58,993 nucleotides of DNA from a virus. Lineage: Duplodnaviria; Caudoviricetes. Positions 1 to 9,519 of the stretch are shown here, in pieces. Within the stretch, counting starts at the first letter, position 1. Each line of letters starts with the position of its first letter. Position numbers and translations under genes: made by a program. The stretch spans positions 1 to 58,993 of IMG/VR virus record IMGVR_UViG_3300044448_006448; one strand, written 5' to 3'. The notes below the pieces were generated by a model. That model saw nothing but the letters and a program-made list of their open reading frames with translations. It did no database searches and was not told the origin of the DNA.

Positions 1-2
1 AA

Positions 3-62
3 GCTGAAGATATAAATTCTGTTTATTATATGGTAAGAAAAGAAGATTCAACATATGTATAA
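3..62 (+). CDS. 3' end of an upstream gene (AEDINSVYYMVRKEDSTYV*), possibly a sliding-clamp C-terminus
   Basis: Open frame from the window edge to TAA at 60-62. Identity is guessed only from the nearby clamp-loader genes. Confidence 0.3.
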   Translation, partial: AEDINSVYYMVRKEDSTYV

Positions 63-63
63 T

Positions 64-589
64 AAATTGACCTTAGGGCGTAAGTTTTTTATATTAATTA
101 TTAACGAGCTGATCTTAACGACAGCATAAATTTAAAGTGATATGAGTACACAATTTTTAGAAAGATCATTACATCCATTTGATCTATTATTTCGAAATTT
201 TTTCGACACAAATCAAACATTTGTCCCAGCAGTGGACGCTAAACAACAATTTCCAATAGACATTTATGAAGACGATTCAGGTTTAACTTTTGAGTTAGCT
301 TGCACAGGTATTCCTAAAGAAGCCATCGAAATCAAACTTGAAGGTGATATGATTGTCTTTAATTATGATAAGGAGAAAACTCCTGATCCTCAATCCCGAA
401 ATTATATACATAAAGGGATTGCAAAGCGTTCCTTTCATTTAGGATATAAAGTAGGAACGAAGTTCAATTTAAGTAAGGCAAAAGCTAATTTTTATGATGG
501 GTTATTGATAGTATCAGTCCCATTTGCAGATGAAGCAAAGCCAAAAGTTTTAAAAATTAACTAACCTAAGTTCGCCCTAAGGTTGGTTT
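64..589 (+). repeat. Long-range inverted repeat enclosing hsp20
   Basis: ACCTTAGGGCG (70-80) is the exact reverse complement of CGCCCTAAGGT (573-583). Pairing extends to 17 bp (64-80/573-589) with G-U pairs. Confidence 0.8.
142..564 (+). CDS. Small heat-shock protein (Hsp20/alpha-crystallin, IbpA-like)
   Basis: PIDIYE, YIHKGIAKRSF, A-x-F-x-DGLL-x-V and C-terminal LKI (IXI-like) motifs. Confidence 0.92.
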   Translation: MSTQFLERSLHPFDLLFRNFFDTNQTFVPAVDAKQQFPIDIYEDDSGLTFELACTGIPKEAIEIKLEGDMIVFNYDKEKTPDPQSRNYIHKGIAKRSFHLGYKVGTKFNLSKAKANFYDGLLIVSVPFADEAKPKVLKIN

Positions 590-611
590 TTTAAATAAAA
601 AAGTTTATATT
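582..611 (+). promoter_or_regulatory. Bacteroidota sigmaA-like promoter
   Basis: GTTG (582-585), 20 nt, TATATT (606-611). Confidence 0.65.
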
Positions 612-629
612 AATTAAAAATAAAGTTAT

Positions 630-926
630 ATGACAATTATAAATGATCCTCAATTAGAACCCTATTATATAGGAAAAGATTCCCATTGCTACACAGCATA
701 TGAGAAAATAACCCCAGATCCAAAATATACACAAAATGGAAATGGAGGTGAAGAATATACAAAACCTTTAGGACATTATTCAGATTTCGGCTCTGCTCTT
801 AGAGCTATTATGAAAGCTAAATTAAATGTAGTAGATAAAAAATATAATTCTATAGAAGAGTATATTAATGAATGGAATAAAATAAGAACAGATTTAGAAA
901 AATTAACAGAATTTAATCAATTATGA
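630..926 (+). CDS. Hypothetical protein
   Basis: 98-aa ORF after a promoter; its stop overlaps the groES start. Confidence 0.7.
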   Translation: MTIINDPQLEPYYIGKDSHCYTAYEKITPDPKYTQNGNGGEEYTKPLGHYSDFGSALRAIMKAKLNVVDKKYNSIEEYINEWNKIRTDLEKLTEFNQL

Positions 927-1213
927 AATTAGAAGCATTATTTAACGCAGTTATTGTTAAACCTATTGAAGCAGAAGAAGAAAAATATGGTTCAATAGTA
1001 GTCCCTGATATGGGAAAAGACAAAAATGAGCATGGAGAAGTAGTAGCAGTAGGTCCTGGGGTACATACAATATCAGGAACTTTTATTGAAACTTCAACTA
1101 AAGTAGGTGAAATAGTAATATTACCTACTCAAGGATTTACTAAATTAGAACATGATGGAGAAGAATATTATGTAGGTCCCGAAAATCAATTATTAGCAAA
1201 AATAAAATCTTAA
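923..1213 (+). CDS. groES: Co-chaperonin GroES
   Basis: GSIVVPD mobile loop and GEVVAVGPG; directly upstream of groEL. Confidence 0.95.
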   Translation: MKLEALFNAVIVKPIEAEEEKYGSIVVPDMGKDKNEHGEVVAVGPGVHTISGTFIETSTKVGEIVILPTQGFTKLEHDGEEYYVGPENQLLAKIKS

Positions 1214-1216
1214 AAA

Positions 1217-2827
1217 ATGAGTAAAATTATAGAATTTGGTTCCGAAGGAAGGGAACAATTAGTAAAAGGTATTAACTTATTAGCTGATGCTGTAGTTTCA
1301 ACATTAGGTCCTAATGGGAGAAATGTAGTTATAGAAAAAAGTAATGGGGAATCACCCCAATCAACTAAAGATGGAGTTACAGTAGCAAAACATATCGCAT
1401 CATCAGACCCAGTTGAAAATTTAGGAGTTGATTTAGTTAGGGAAGCGTCTGTAAAAACAGCAGATAAAGCAGGAGATGGTACTACAACATCTACTTTATT
1501 AGCTAGAGAAATGATTAAAAATGGTTTATCACATTTAGCTTTAGGTGAAAATGCAGTTCAAATTAAAAGAGATATAGATAAATCTGTTAAAGAAATAACT
1601 AGATACCTTAAAGAAGAAATATCAGAAGATATATCAGATGAAGAACAAATAAATCAAATAGCAACAATTTCAGCAAATAATGATCCTGAAATTGGTAATT
1701 TAATTTCGACAGCTTTAGATAAAGTAGGCCATGATGGTGTTGTTCATATTGAAGAATCTAAAACAGGAGAAACTTATTTAGAAACTGTTGAGGGTTTACA
1801 ATTTGATAGAGGTTATAAGTCTCATTATTTTGTTACTAATAATAATACTATGACTTGTACTTTAGAAGATCCTTATGTCTTAGTTTTAAATCAAAAACTA
1901 ACCCAAGTTAAAGAGTTATTACCTATTTTAGAAGCAGTATCTAATACTAATAAATCTTTACTTATAATAGCAGAAGATGTAGATAGTGAAGCTTTAGCTA
2001 CACTTATTGTTAATAAAGCTAGAGGTACTATTAAAGTTTGTGCTGTAAAAGCACCTGATTTTGGTGAAAGACGAAAATTAATATTAGAAGATATAGCTAC
2101 TATAACAGGTGGACAAGTTTTTGATAAAGATAAAGGGATGAAACTTGATAAATTCTCTTGGGAGTGGTTTGGTCAAGCTCGTACTGTAACTATTTCAAAA
2201 GAAAAAACAACAATTATAGATGGTAAAGGAAAAGAAGATGATGTTGAAACTAGAATGAGTGAAATTCAACACCAAATAGATAAATCAACAACACCTTTTG
2301 AAGCAGAAAAATTGCAAGAAAGATTAGCTAAATTAGCAGGAGGAGTAGCTATTATTCATGTAGGAGGATTTAGTGAAGTTGAAATGAATGAAAAAAAAGA
2401 TAGAGTTGAAGATGCCTTACATGCTACTAAAGCAGCAATCGAAGAAGGAATCATTCCTGGGGGAGGAACAGCTTTATTGCGTGCTCGAGAAGCTTGTATG
2501 GAATCTCCATATGATAATATAGGTTCACACATTGTTTATGACGCATGTGGTAAACCATTTGAACAAATACTTACAAATGCTGGGTGGGATAATGAAAGAA
2601 TTAAAAAAGTAGGTTTAAATGGAGAAGTTTGGAATGGTGTTGATGTAAAAGAGGGAGGTATAATTAACTTTAAAGAAAAAGGTATTATTGATCCAACTAA
2701 AGTAGCTAGAATTGCATTAGAAAATGCAGCTGCAGTAGCAGGAACAGTATTACTTACTGAATGTGTAGTAGTAAATGAACCTAAAGAAGAAAATGAAACA
2801 AATATTAATCCAATGATGGGAATGTAA
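1217..2827 (+). CDS. groEL: Chaperonin GroEL
   Basis: TLGPNGRNV, TKDGVTVAK, AGDGTTT, GLQFDRGY, KAPDFG, LAGGVA and GIIDP motifs; MMGM tail. Confidence 0.98.
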   Translation: MSKIIEFGSEGREQLVKGINLLADAVVSTLGPNGRNVVIEKSNGESPQSTKDGVTVAKHIASSDPVENLGVDLVREASVKTADKAGDGTTTSTLLAREMIKNGLSHLALGENAVQIKRDIDKSVKEITRYLKEEISEDISDEEQINQIATISANNDPEIGNLISTALDKVGHDGVVHIEESKTGETYLETVEGLQFDRGYKSHYFVTNNNTMTCTLEDPYVLVLNQKLTQVKELLPILEAVSNTNKSLLIIAEDVDSEALATLIVNKARGTIKVCAVKAPDFGERRKLILEDIATITGGQVFDKDKGMKLDKFSWEWFGQARTVTISKEKTTIIDGKGKEDDVETRMSEIQHQIDKSTTPFEAEKLQERLAKLAGGVAIIHVGGFSEVEMNEKKDRVEDALHATKAAIEEGIIPGGGTALLRAREACMESPYDNIGSHIVYDACGKPFEQILTNAGWDNERIKKVGLNGEVWNGVDVKEGGIINFKEKGIIDPTKVARIALENAAAVAGTVLLTECVVVNEPKEENETNINPMMGM

Positions 2828-2828
2828 T

Positions 2829-3101
2829 ATGAGTACAAAGATAACAGAACATAATAAACTTATTGCTACTAGAGTACCACCTGGAGACAAGTGGATTCTA
2901 GTAGATGATAAGAAAAAAGTAGTACATGAATCATTAACTGATGCATTAGAAGCATTTTTTCAAACAACTGGAAATAAATGTGAATTTAGATTAGCACCTT
3001 TAGACAGTAAATTATACGCTATTGCAACACATGAGGAAGAAATCATACCAGAAGCTCCAAAAACATATGGTATGTATGGGGATTTTAAACAAGGAGCTTA
3101 A
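2829..3101 (+). CDS. Hypothetical protein
   Basis: 90-aa ORF abutting groEL. Confidence 0.7.
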   Translation: MSTKITEHNKLIATRVPPGDKWILVDDKKKVVHESLTDALEAFFQTTGNKCEFRLAPLDSKLYAIATHEEEIIPEAPKTYGMYGDFKQGA

Positions 3102-3131
3102 GTTGGATTTTTAAATAAAAGTTATTATATT
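3102..3131 (+). promoter_or_regulatory. Bacteroidota sigmaA-like promoter
   Basis: GTTG-N20-TATATT just upstream of the clamp-loader gene. Confidence 0.65.
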
Positions 3132-3137
3132 AAGGTT

Positions 3138-4061
3138 ATGAAAGAACATAGTTTATTAGTTGAAAAATACAGACCTACAAGATTAGAAAATTATATAGGT
3201 AATAAAAGTATTAAAAATACTATTCAAAAATACATAGAACAAAATGATATACAAAATTTATTGTTTTATGGACCAGCAGGAACAGGTAAAACAACATTAG
3301 CAAAATTAATTGTTAAAAATATTAATTGTGATTATCTTTATATTAATGCTTCTGATGAAAGAGGTATTGAAACTATTAGAGATAAAGTAGCTGGTTTTGC
3401 TAGTACTGCTTCCTTTAAAAGTATAAAAGTTGTTATATTAGATGAAGCTGATTTCCTTACTATAATGGCTCAAGCGTCATTAAGAAATGTAATTGAAACA
3501 TTTTCACGTTCAACTAGATTTATATTAACTTGTAATTATGTAGAACGTATAATTGATCCTATTCAAAGTAGATGTCAAACATTAAAAATCGTTCCACCTT
3601 CTAAAGAAGATATAATAAAACATTTAGTAAAAGTATTAATAAAAGAAGATATATCATTTGACTCATCTGATGTAATATCAGTAGTTGATAGTAATTATCC
3701 TGATGTACGTAAAATGCTTAATACTATACAAATATCTACAACAGATGATGAATTAAATTTAGATACAACAGCATTAGTAGAAAGTAACTACATGAATAAA
3801 GTACTTACTGAATTAAAAAATAAAAAACCAAATTGGAGAACAATTAGACAAATTATAACAGATTCTAATGTAAATGACTTCGAAGGTTTTTATCGTTATC
3901 TATATGATAACAGTAATGTATATGCTCCTGGAAAGGAAGGTATGATAGCATATTACATAAATGAATATTCATACCAATCGAATTTTAGAATAGACAAAGA
4001 AGTCAATTGTATGGCTTTAATGTCTAAAATTATTGAAACAATTAAACCACAAATTATTTAA
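3138..4061 (+). CDS. Clamp-loader AAA+ subunit (RFC small subunit / T4 gp44-like)
   Basis: VEKYRP, GPAGTGKT (Walker A), NASDERG, ILDEAD (Walker B) and SRC motifs. Confidence 0.95.
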   Translation: MKEHSLLVEKYRPTRLENYIGNKSIKNTIQKYIEQNDIQNLLFYGPAGTGKTTLAKLIVKNINCDYLYINASDERGIETIRDKVAGFASTASFKSIKVVILDEADFLTIMAQASLRNVIETFSRSTRFILTCNYVERIIDPIQSRCQTLKIVPPSKEDIIKHLVKVLIKEDISFDSSDVISVVDSNYPDVRKMLNTIQISTTDDELNLDTTALVESNYMNKVLTELKNKKPNWRTIRQIITDSNVNDFEGFYRYLYDNSNVYAPGKEGMIAYYINEYSYQSNFRIDKEVNCMALMSKIIETIKPQII

Positions 4062-4072
4062 AATTAATTATT

Positions 4073-4330
4073 ATGCAACAAGATCAACAAAATCCACAAG
4101 GACCAAATGTAGACTTAAAAAACACAACAGGAGTTGAAACACCTAGTGGTGGAAAATTATGGCAACAGGGAGTATTACTTCGTAAAGTTTCTAAATTTGT
4201 AGCAGGAACGGACAAAGACGCCCTACTACCAATACCAGTATTTTACGATCCAGATACGATGAAAATTTTAAGAGGAACTTGCCCTGAAGATTTAAGAGAA
4301 GAATTAAAAGATCAACTTCATGATGCCTAA
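4073..4330 (+). CDS. Hypothetical protein
   Basis: 85-aa ORF between the clamp-loader genes. Confidence 0.7.
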   Translation: MQQDQQNPQGPNVDLKNTTGVETPSGGKLWQQGVLLRKVSKFVAGTDKDALLPIPVFYDPDTMKILRGTCPEDLREELKDQLHDA

Positions 4331-4745
4331 AAATATTTTTGAGTGGCTTAATGAATTAACCTTTATTAAGTCACCCACAAATAAATTTAAGGAAGAAGCT
4401 TGGGACAATTTTAATGCTTATATGGTACATAGATTTGTATCAATGAATCAAAATTATATTGAAATAGCTAATATAGCACAAAAATTTCACCCAACGGATA
4501 AAAAAGGTATTTATAATTTTTATTGTGAAATGTTACCTAAGAAAAAAATGTTTTTAAGATACATTAAATCTAAAATAAAAAAAAGACCTAAAGAAATATT
4601 AAAACCTATAGCAAAATATTATGAGTGTAGTTTTGAAGAGGCAGATAATTATATTACATTATCGCCTAAAAATAAAATAGAAACTATATTAAAACATGTA
4701 GGAAATGATGATAAAGAAGTTAAAAAATTATTAAAATTAATATGA
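4320..4745 (+). CDS. Probable clamp-loader subunit A (T4 gp62-like)
   Basis: FNAYMVHRFVSM and IAKYYECSFEEA resemble gp62-family motifs; next to the gp44-like gene. Confidence 0.7.
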   Translation: MMPKNIFEWLNELTFIKSPTNKFKEEAWDNFNAYMVHRFVSMNQNYIEIANIAQKFHPTDKKGIYNFYCEMLPKKKMFLRYIKSKIKKRPKEILKPIAKYYECSFEEADNYITLSPKNKIETILKHVGNDDKEVKKLLKLI

Positions 4746-5077
4746 GTCATATAAAAGATTTTGAAAAAACATACCCAACATTAGCTAAAGAATTTAAAAA
4801 AATTCAAAATGAACAATATGATTTATTTGCTAAAAAAATGATGGATTATGGTTTAGGAAATATAGCTTTAGGTTCTTCATTAGAAGATGAAGAAGATAAA
4901 AAATTATCATTAACTGGAGTTTGGTTGCGTTGTAATGATAAAATTAATAGATTAAAAAATTTATTAAAAACAGGAAAAAATTACGTAGAAGGAGAGGGAA
5001 TAATAGATAGTTTTATAGATATTGCTAATTATGGTATTATTGCTTTATTAGTTATTAGAAATAAATGGAAAAAATAA
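4742..5077 (+). CDS. Nucleotide-modification-associated domain 1 (DUF1599-like) protein
   Basis: KKxxDYG, RxxDKxxRL and SFxDxANYxII motifs. Confidence 0.75.
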   Translation: MSHIKDFEKTYPTLAKEFKKIQNEQYDLFAKKMMDYGLGNIALGSSLEDEEDKKLSLTGVWLRCNDKINRLKNLLKTGKNYVEGEGIIDSFIDIANYGIIALLVIRNKWKK

Positions 5078-5080
5078 GTT

Positions 5081-6031
5081 TTGGCAAGAAAAACACCTAC
5101 AATTGTAAAAAAAATACAAAATCATAAATGTGAAGAAATAAATTATGGTTATCAAAACCATATTTCTTATTCTCAATTATCGATGTTTAACAGTTGTCCT
5201 CATAAGTGGGCTCTACAGTATAGAGACGGACACAAAATTTATTCTCCTAGTATTCACACAGTATTTGGGAATGCTATTCATGAAACTTTACAACATTATT
5301 TAACAGTAATGTATGAGCAAAGTGGTGCAGCAGCAGATAGAGAAAATATATTAGAAATATTTGAAAATAAATTAAGAGAAGATTACGCTCAACAATATAA
5401 AAAAAGTAATAATCAACATTTTAGTTCAAGTGAGGAATTAAGGGAATTTTATGAAGATGGAAAAGAAATTTTAAATTTTATTACAAAAAAACGTTCTGCT
5501 TATTTTAGTAAAAAAGGTTGGTATTTAGTAGGATGTGAAGTTCCTATTGTTATAACACCTAATAATGCGTATAAAAACGTTATATATCAAGGTTATTTAG
5601 ATGTTGTATTATATCATGAACCCACAGATACATTTAAAATTATTGATATAAAAACAAGTACTAAAGGATGGAATGATAAAATGAAAAAAAATGAAGATAA
5701 ACAATTCCAACTAATATTATATAAAAAATTCTTTTCAGAACAGTTTGGTATCCCAGAAAAGAGTATTGATATTGAATTTTTAATTACAAGAAGAAAAGTC
5801 TATGTTGGTGGGGATTATCCCCAAAAAAGAATACAAGAATTTAGACCAGCTTCAGGAAGAAATAAAACAAATAAAGCGACAAAATCATTAAATAAATTTA
5901 TAGAAACAGTTTTTAATAAAAATGGATATAAAGATAAAAAATATTTCCCCAAACCCTCTAAATGGAATTGTACTTTTTGTCCATTTAAAGAAGATAAAGA
6001 ATTATGTAACGCAGTTGGTAAAAGTTTATAA
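5081..6031 (+). CDS. PD-(D/E)XK nuclease, RecB/Cas4-like
   Basis: SYSQ..CP, FGNAIH, GYLD..IIDIKT, QLxLY and C-terminal CxxCPF..C. TTG start. Confidence 0.85.
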   Translation: MARKTPTIVKKIQNHKCEEINYGYQNHISYSQLSMFNSCPHKWALQYRDGHKIYSPSIHTVFGNAIHETLQHYLTVMYEQSGAAADRENILEIFENKLREDYAQQYKKSNNQHFSSSEELREFYEDGKEILNFITKKRSAYFSKKGWYLVGCEVPIVITPNNAYKNVIYQGYLDVVLYHEPTDTFKIIDIKTSTKGWNDKMKKNEDKQFQLILYKKFFSEQFGIPEKSIDIEFLITRRKVYVGGDYPQKRIQEFRPASGRNKTNKATKSLNKFIETVFNKNGYKDKKYFPKPSKWNCTFCPFKEDKELCNAVGKSL

Positions 6032-6073
6032 TCTGCATATATGTATAGATAAATATAAATAAATAAAATTAAT

Positions 6074-6262
6074 ATGAGTGCAAAAAAAGATATGACACTT
6101 ACAAGTGTTAAAATAAAAAGTGATTTATTTGAAGAATTTAAAGTTGAATGTGTAAGACGTAAATTTTCGTTTCAAAAATTAGCAGATAGAGCTATACATT
6201 TATTTCTTACAGATGAAGATTTTAGAAAACAAATAACTAATCACCATAACTTAGAACTATAA
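6074..6262 (+). CDS. Small ribbon-helix-helix-like DNA-binding protein
   Basis: LTSVKI strand followed by two helices; TATGTATA at 6040-6047 upstream. Confidence 0.55.
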   Translation: MSAKKDMTLTSVKIKSDLFEEFKVECVRRKFSFQKLADRAIHLFLTDEDFRKQITNHHNLEL

Positions 6263-6274
6263 AAAAAAATACAA

Positions 6275-7705
6275 ATGAAAGAAGGTTATATAAAAGCAAA
6301 AGATAGAAAAAAAATACTTTTAATTACTGATGATATTAGAGTTCACTCTGGTGTAGCTCAAATTGGTAGAGAAATGATATTCAATACAGCACATCGTTAT
6401 AATTGGTGTCAATTAGCAGGAGCTGTACAACATCCTGATAAAGGTAACGCTGTAAAAATAGATAATGAAATAAATACTTTTCTTGGCATTAATGATGCTT
6501 ATTGTAATTTATATCCTGTTGATGGATATGGAAATCAAGAAGTATTAAGACAAGTAATTAAAATAGAAAAACCAGATGCTATATTTTTAATAACAGATCC
6601 TAGATATTTTATGTGGGTGTTTCAAATGGAAAATGAAATCAGACAAAAATGTCCTATTATATATCTTAATATTTGGGATGATTTACCTGCTCCAATGTAT
6701 AATAAAGAATATTATGAATCTTGTGATTTATTAATGGGTATTTCTAAACAAACTGTTAATATAAATAAAATGGTTTTAGGTGATGCTGGGAAAGATAAAC
6801 TTATAAAATATGTTCCTCATGGGTTAAATAATAAAATTTTTACTCCTCTCGAAAAAGATAACCACCATTTAGTTGAATTTAAAAAACAAGTAACATTAGG
6901 GAATGATACAAATTTTATATTATTATTTAATTCAAGAAATATTAGGAGAAAATGTATAATTGATACTATTTTTGCTTGGAGGTTATTTACAGACAAGTTA
7001 TCAAAAGAAGAAGCAGCAAAATGTATGTTAGTATTACATACAGAAGTAGTATCAGATCCTGGAACAGACCTACCAGCAGTAATAGAGTATGCATGTCCCC
7101 CAAGTACATGTAAAATTCGTATATCAGATCAAAAGTTAAAAACAGAAGAAATGAATTTGTTATATAATATGGCTGACGGTGTAGTTTTAAATTCTAATGC
7201 TGAAGGTTGGGGATTAGCATTAACAGAATCTTTACTAACAGGAACTCCATTTATAGCAAATGTAACAGGAGGAATGCAAGACCAAATGAGATTTGAAGAT
7301 GAAGATGGAAATTGGATAGATTTTGATAGTGATTTTCCATCAAATCATAGAGGAAAATATAAAAAACATGGAGAATGGGCATTACCTGTATTTTCAAAAG
7401 CAATAAGCTCAGTGGGTTCTCCAATGACTCCTTATATTTTTGAAGACCATTGTACTTATGAAGATGTAGCAGAAAGAATGTATGAATTGTATAAAATGGG
7501 AGATAAAAAAAGAAAAGAAATAGGTAAAAAAGGTTTAGAATGGGCTTTAGGTGATGAAGCTGGTTTTACTTCTGAAAAAATGTCAAAAAGAATTATGGAT
7601 AATATGGATGAATTATTCGAAACATGGCAACCTAGAGAAAAATACGAATTTTTAAAAGACACAGATTATGAACCAAGAGTTATACCTCATAAATTAATTT
7701 ACTAA
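6275..7705 (+). CDS. Glycosyltransferase (GT-B fold, GT4-like)
   Basis: HSGVA, VPHG, SRNIRRK and EGWGLALTE (EX7E) motifs. Confidence 0.9.
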   Translation: MKEGYIKAKDRKKILLITDDIRVHSGVAQIGREMIFNTAHRYNWCQLAGAVQHPDKGNAVKIDNEINTFLGINDAYCNLYPVDGYGNQEVLRQVIKIEKPDAIFLITDPRYFMWVFQMENEIRQKCPIIYLNIWDDLPAPMYNKEYYESCDLLMGISKQTVNINKMVLGDAGKDKLIKYVPHGLNNKIFTPLEKDNHHLVEFKKQVTLGNDTNFILLFNSRNIRRKCIIDTIFAWRLFTDKLSKEEAAKCMLVLHTEVVSDPGTDLPAVIEYACPPSTCKIRISDQKLKTEEMNLLYNMADGVVLNSNAEGWGLALTESLLTGTPFIANVTGGMQDQMRFEDEDGNWIDFDSDFPSNHRGKYKKHGEWALPVFSKAISSVGSPMTPYIFEDHCTYEDVAERMYELYKMGDKKRKEIGKKGLEWALGDEAGFTSEKMSKRIMDNMDELFETWQPREKYEFLKDTDYEPRVIPHKLIY

Positions 7706-7706
7706 T

Positions 7707-9053
7707 ATGATAAACAGAAATAAATTTTATATAAGTTGTCCTATAGACACATATTCAGGTTATGGAGCAAGATCAAGAGATTTTGTTAAAGCTGTAATTG
7801 AGTTAGATAAATATGATGTTAAAGTTTTACCTCAAAGATGGGGTAATACACCTTTTGGATTTATAGATAATAATCCTGAATGGGAGTTTTTAAGAAATTA
7901 CGTTTTATGGAATGTCCCTCCGGGACAAGTACCAGAAAAACCAGACATTTGGTGCCAAATTACAGTACCAAATGAGTTTACACCCATAGGACATTACAAT
8001 ATAGGTGTAACTGCTGGAATAGAAACTACAATATGTCATAATTCTTGGATTGAAGGATGTAATAGAATGGATATTAATTTAGTATCATCAAATCATTCGA
8101 AAAAAGTATTTGAAGATTCTAAATTTTTTAAAGATGACCCAAAAACAGGACAAAGATTAGGAGAGTTAAAGTTAGAAAAACCTATGGAAGTTTTACTAGA
8201 AGGAGTAGATTTAGACTTATATAGACCTATACCAGAAACGGAATTAGAAAGTAAAAAATTACTAAAAGATATTAATTCCATACCTGAAAATTTTGCTTAT
8301 TTAGTTGTAGGACATTGGATGCAAGGTGATTTAGGTCAAGATAGAAAAAATATTGGACTTACAATTAGAGCTTTTTATGAATTATTTAAAAATAAAAGAA
8401 AAAGACCAGCATTAATTTTAAAAACTTCTATGGTAGGTAGTAGTTATATGGATAGAAGAGAAATTTTAAGAAGAATTGATCAAATTAAAAAAGGATTAGG
8501 TCCTGGAGATTATCCTTCTGTATATCTTTTACATGGAGAGTTTACTAATAAAGAAATGGCAGAATTATATAACCATCCAAAAGTAAAAGCAATGATTAGT
8601 TTAACTAAAGGTGAAGGATTTGGAAGACCTTTATTAGAATTTAGTCTTTGTAATAAACCTATTATGGCTTCGGGTTGGTCTGGTCAAGTTGATTTCCTAA
8701 AACCTGAATTTACAGGATTAATAGCAGGAAAATTAACTCCAGTTCATCCTACGGCACATGTAAAAGATATGATTTTAAAAGAATCAAATTGGTACTCTCC
8801 TGATATTAATGGAATTGGGTATTTTATGACCAATATATTTGAATGTTATAAAGATTGGTCTGTTAAAGCTAAAAGACAAGGATATTATAGTAGAACAAAT
8901 TTTTCATTTGAAAATATGAAAAATAAATTATCTGACATATTAGATAATAATATAAAACATCTCCCAACAAATGAAGAATTAAAATTACCTAAATTATCAA
9001 AATTATCTAAATCTACTAAAGATTTAGAATTACCTAAATTAAAAAAAGCATAA
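7707..9053 (+). CDS. Glycosyltransferase (GT-B fold, GT4-like)
   Basis: YSGYG, DRKN and EGFGRPLLE motifs. Confidence 0.9.
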   Translation: MINRNKFYISCPIDTYSGYGARSRDFVKAVIELDKYDVKVLPQRWGNTPFGFIDNNPEWEFLRNYVLWNVPPGQVPEKPDIWCQITVPNEFTPIGHYNIGVTAGIETTICHNSWIEGCNRMDINLVSSNHSKKVFEDSKFFKDDPKTGQRLGELKLEKPMEVLLEGVDLDLYRPIPETELESKKLLKDINSIPENFAYLVVGHWMQGDLGQDRKNIGLTIRAFYELFKNKRKRPALILKTSMVGSSYMDRREILRRIDQIKKGLGPGDYPSVYLLHGEFTNKEMAELYNHPKVKAMISLTKGEGFGRPLLEFSLCNKPIMASGWSGQVDFLKPEFTGLIAGKLTPVHPTAHVKDMILKESNWYSPDINGIGYFMTNIFECYKDWSVKAKRQGYYSRTNFSFENMKNKLSDILDNNIKHLPTNEELKLPKLSKLSKSTKDLELPKLKKA

Positions 9054-9054
9054 A

Positions 9055-9507
9055 ATGGATGATTTAATAATATGTAAAAGGTGTGGATCAGATGCTTGCT
9101 ATAAACAAGAAGTAAATGAGAATGTAACTAATTACGCTTGTTATGGGTGTGGTTTTATTTCAAATACATTGATGAAAGATGGGCACGAATATTGGGAACA
9201 ACAATTAGAAACACTTCCTGAATTACATAAAGATTTAGTATTTAAAGATAAAGACGATCAGTATTGGATGCCTAATACAGTAAACCAACATAAACAAGGT
9301 ATGGTATTTGCTAATGGGAAAACGGTAGATAATTGGAAGTGGACAGCTGTTAAAGCAGTTAAAGTTTCTAAAGATGAACAAATTAAATTCCCAATACCTG
9401 GTAAACCTGGAGAATATTATGAGTGGAGAATGGATATGGAACATATGGTAGATTTTGAAGAAAAAGATTACATGGAAGCTCTTTCATATATTGGAGTATT
9501 ACCTTAA
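9055..9507 (+). CDS. Hypothetical protein with N-terminal Zn-ribbon
   Basis: CKRCG ... CYGCG. Confidence 0.7.
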   Translation: MDDLIICKRCGSDACYKQEVNENVTNYACYGCGFISNTLMKDGHEYWEQQLETLPELHKDLVFKDKDDQYWMPNTVNQHKQGMVFANGKTVDNWKWTAVKAVKVSKDEQIKFPIPGKPGEYYEWRMDMEHMVDFEEKDYMEALSYIGVLP

Positions 9508-9519
9508 AAATTTATAAAA

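Noticed and set aside
61-141. CIRCE operator upstream of hsp20/groESL
   Set aside because: No TTAGCACTC-N9-GAGTGCTAA match.
5081-6031. CRISPR-Cas locus suggested by the Cas4-like nuclease
   Set aside because: No repeat-spacer array or other cas genes seen; stand-alone Cas4-like nucleases are common in phages.
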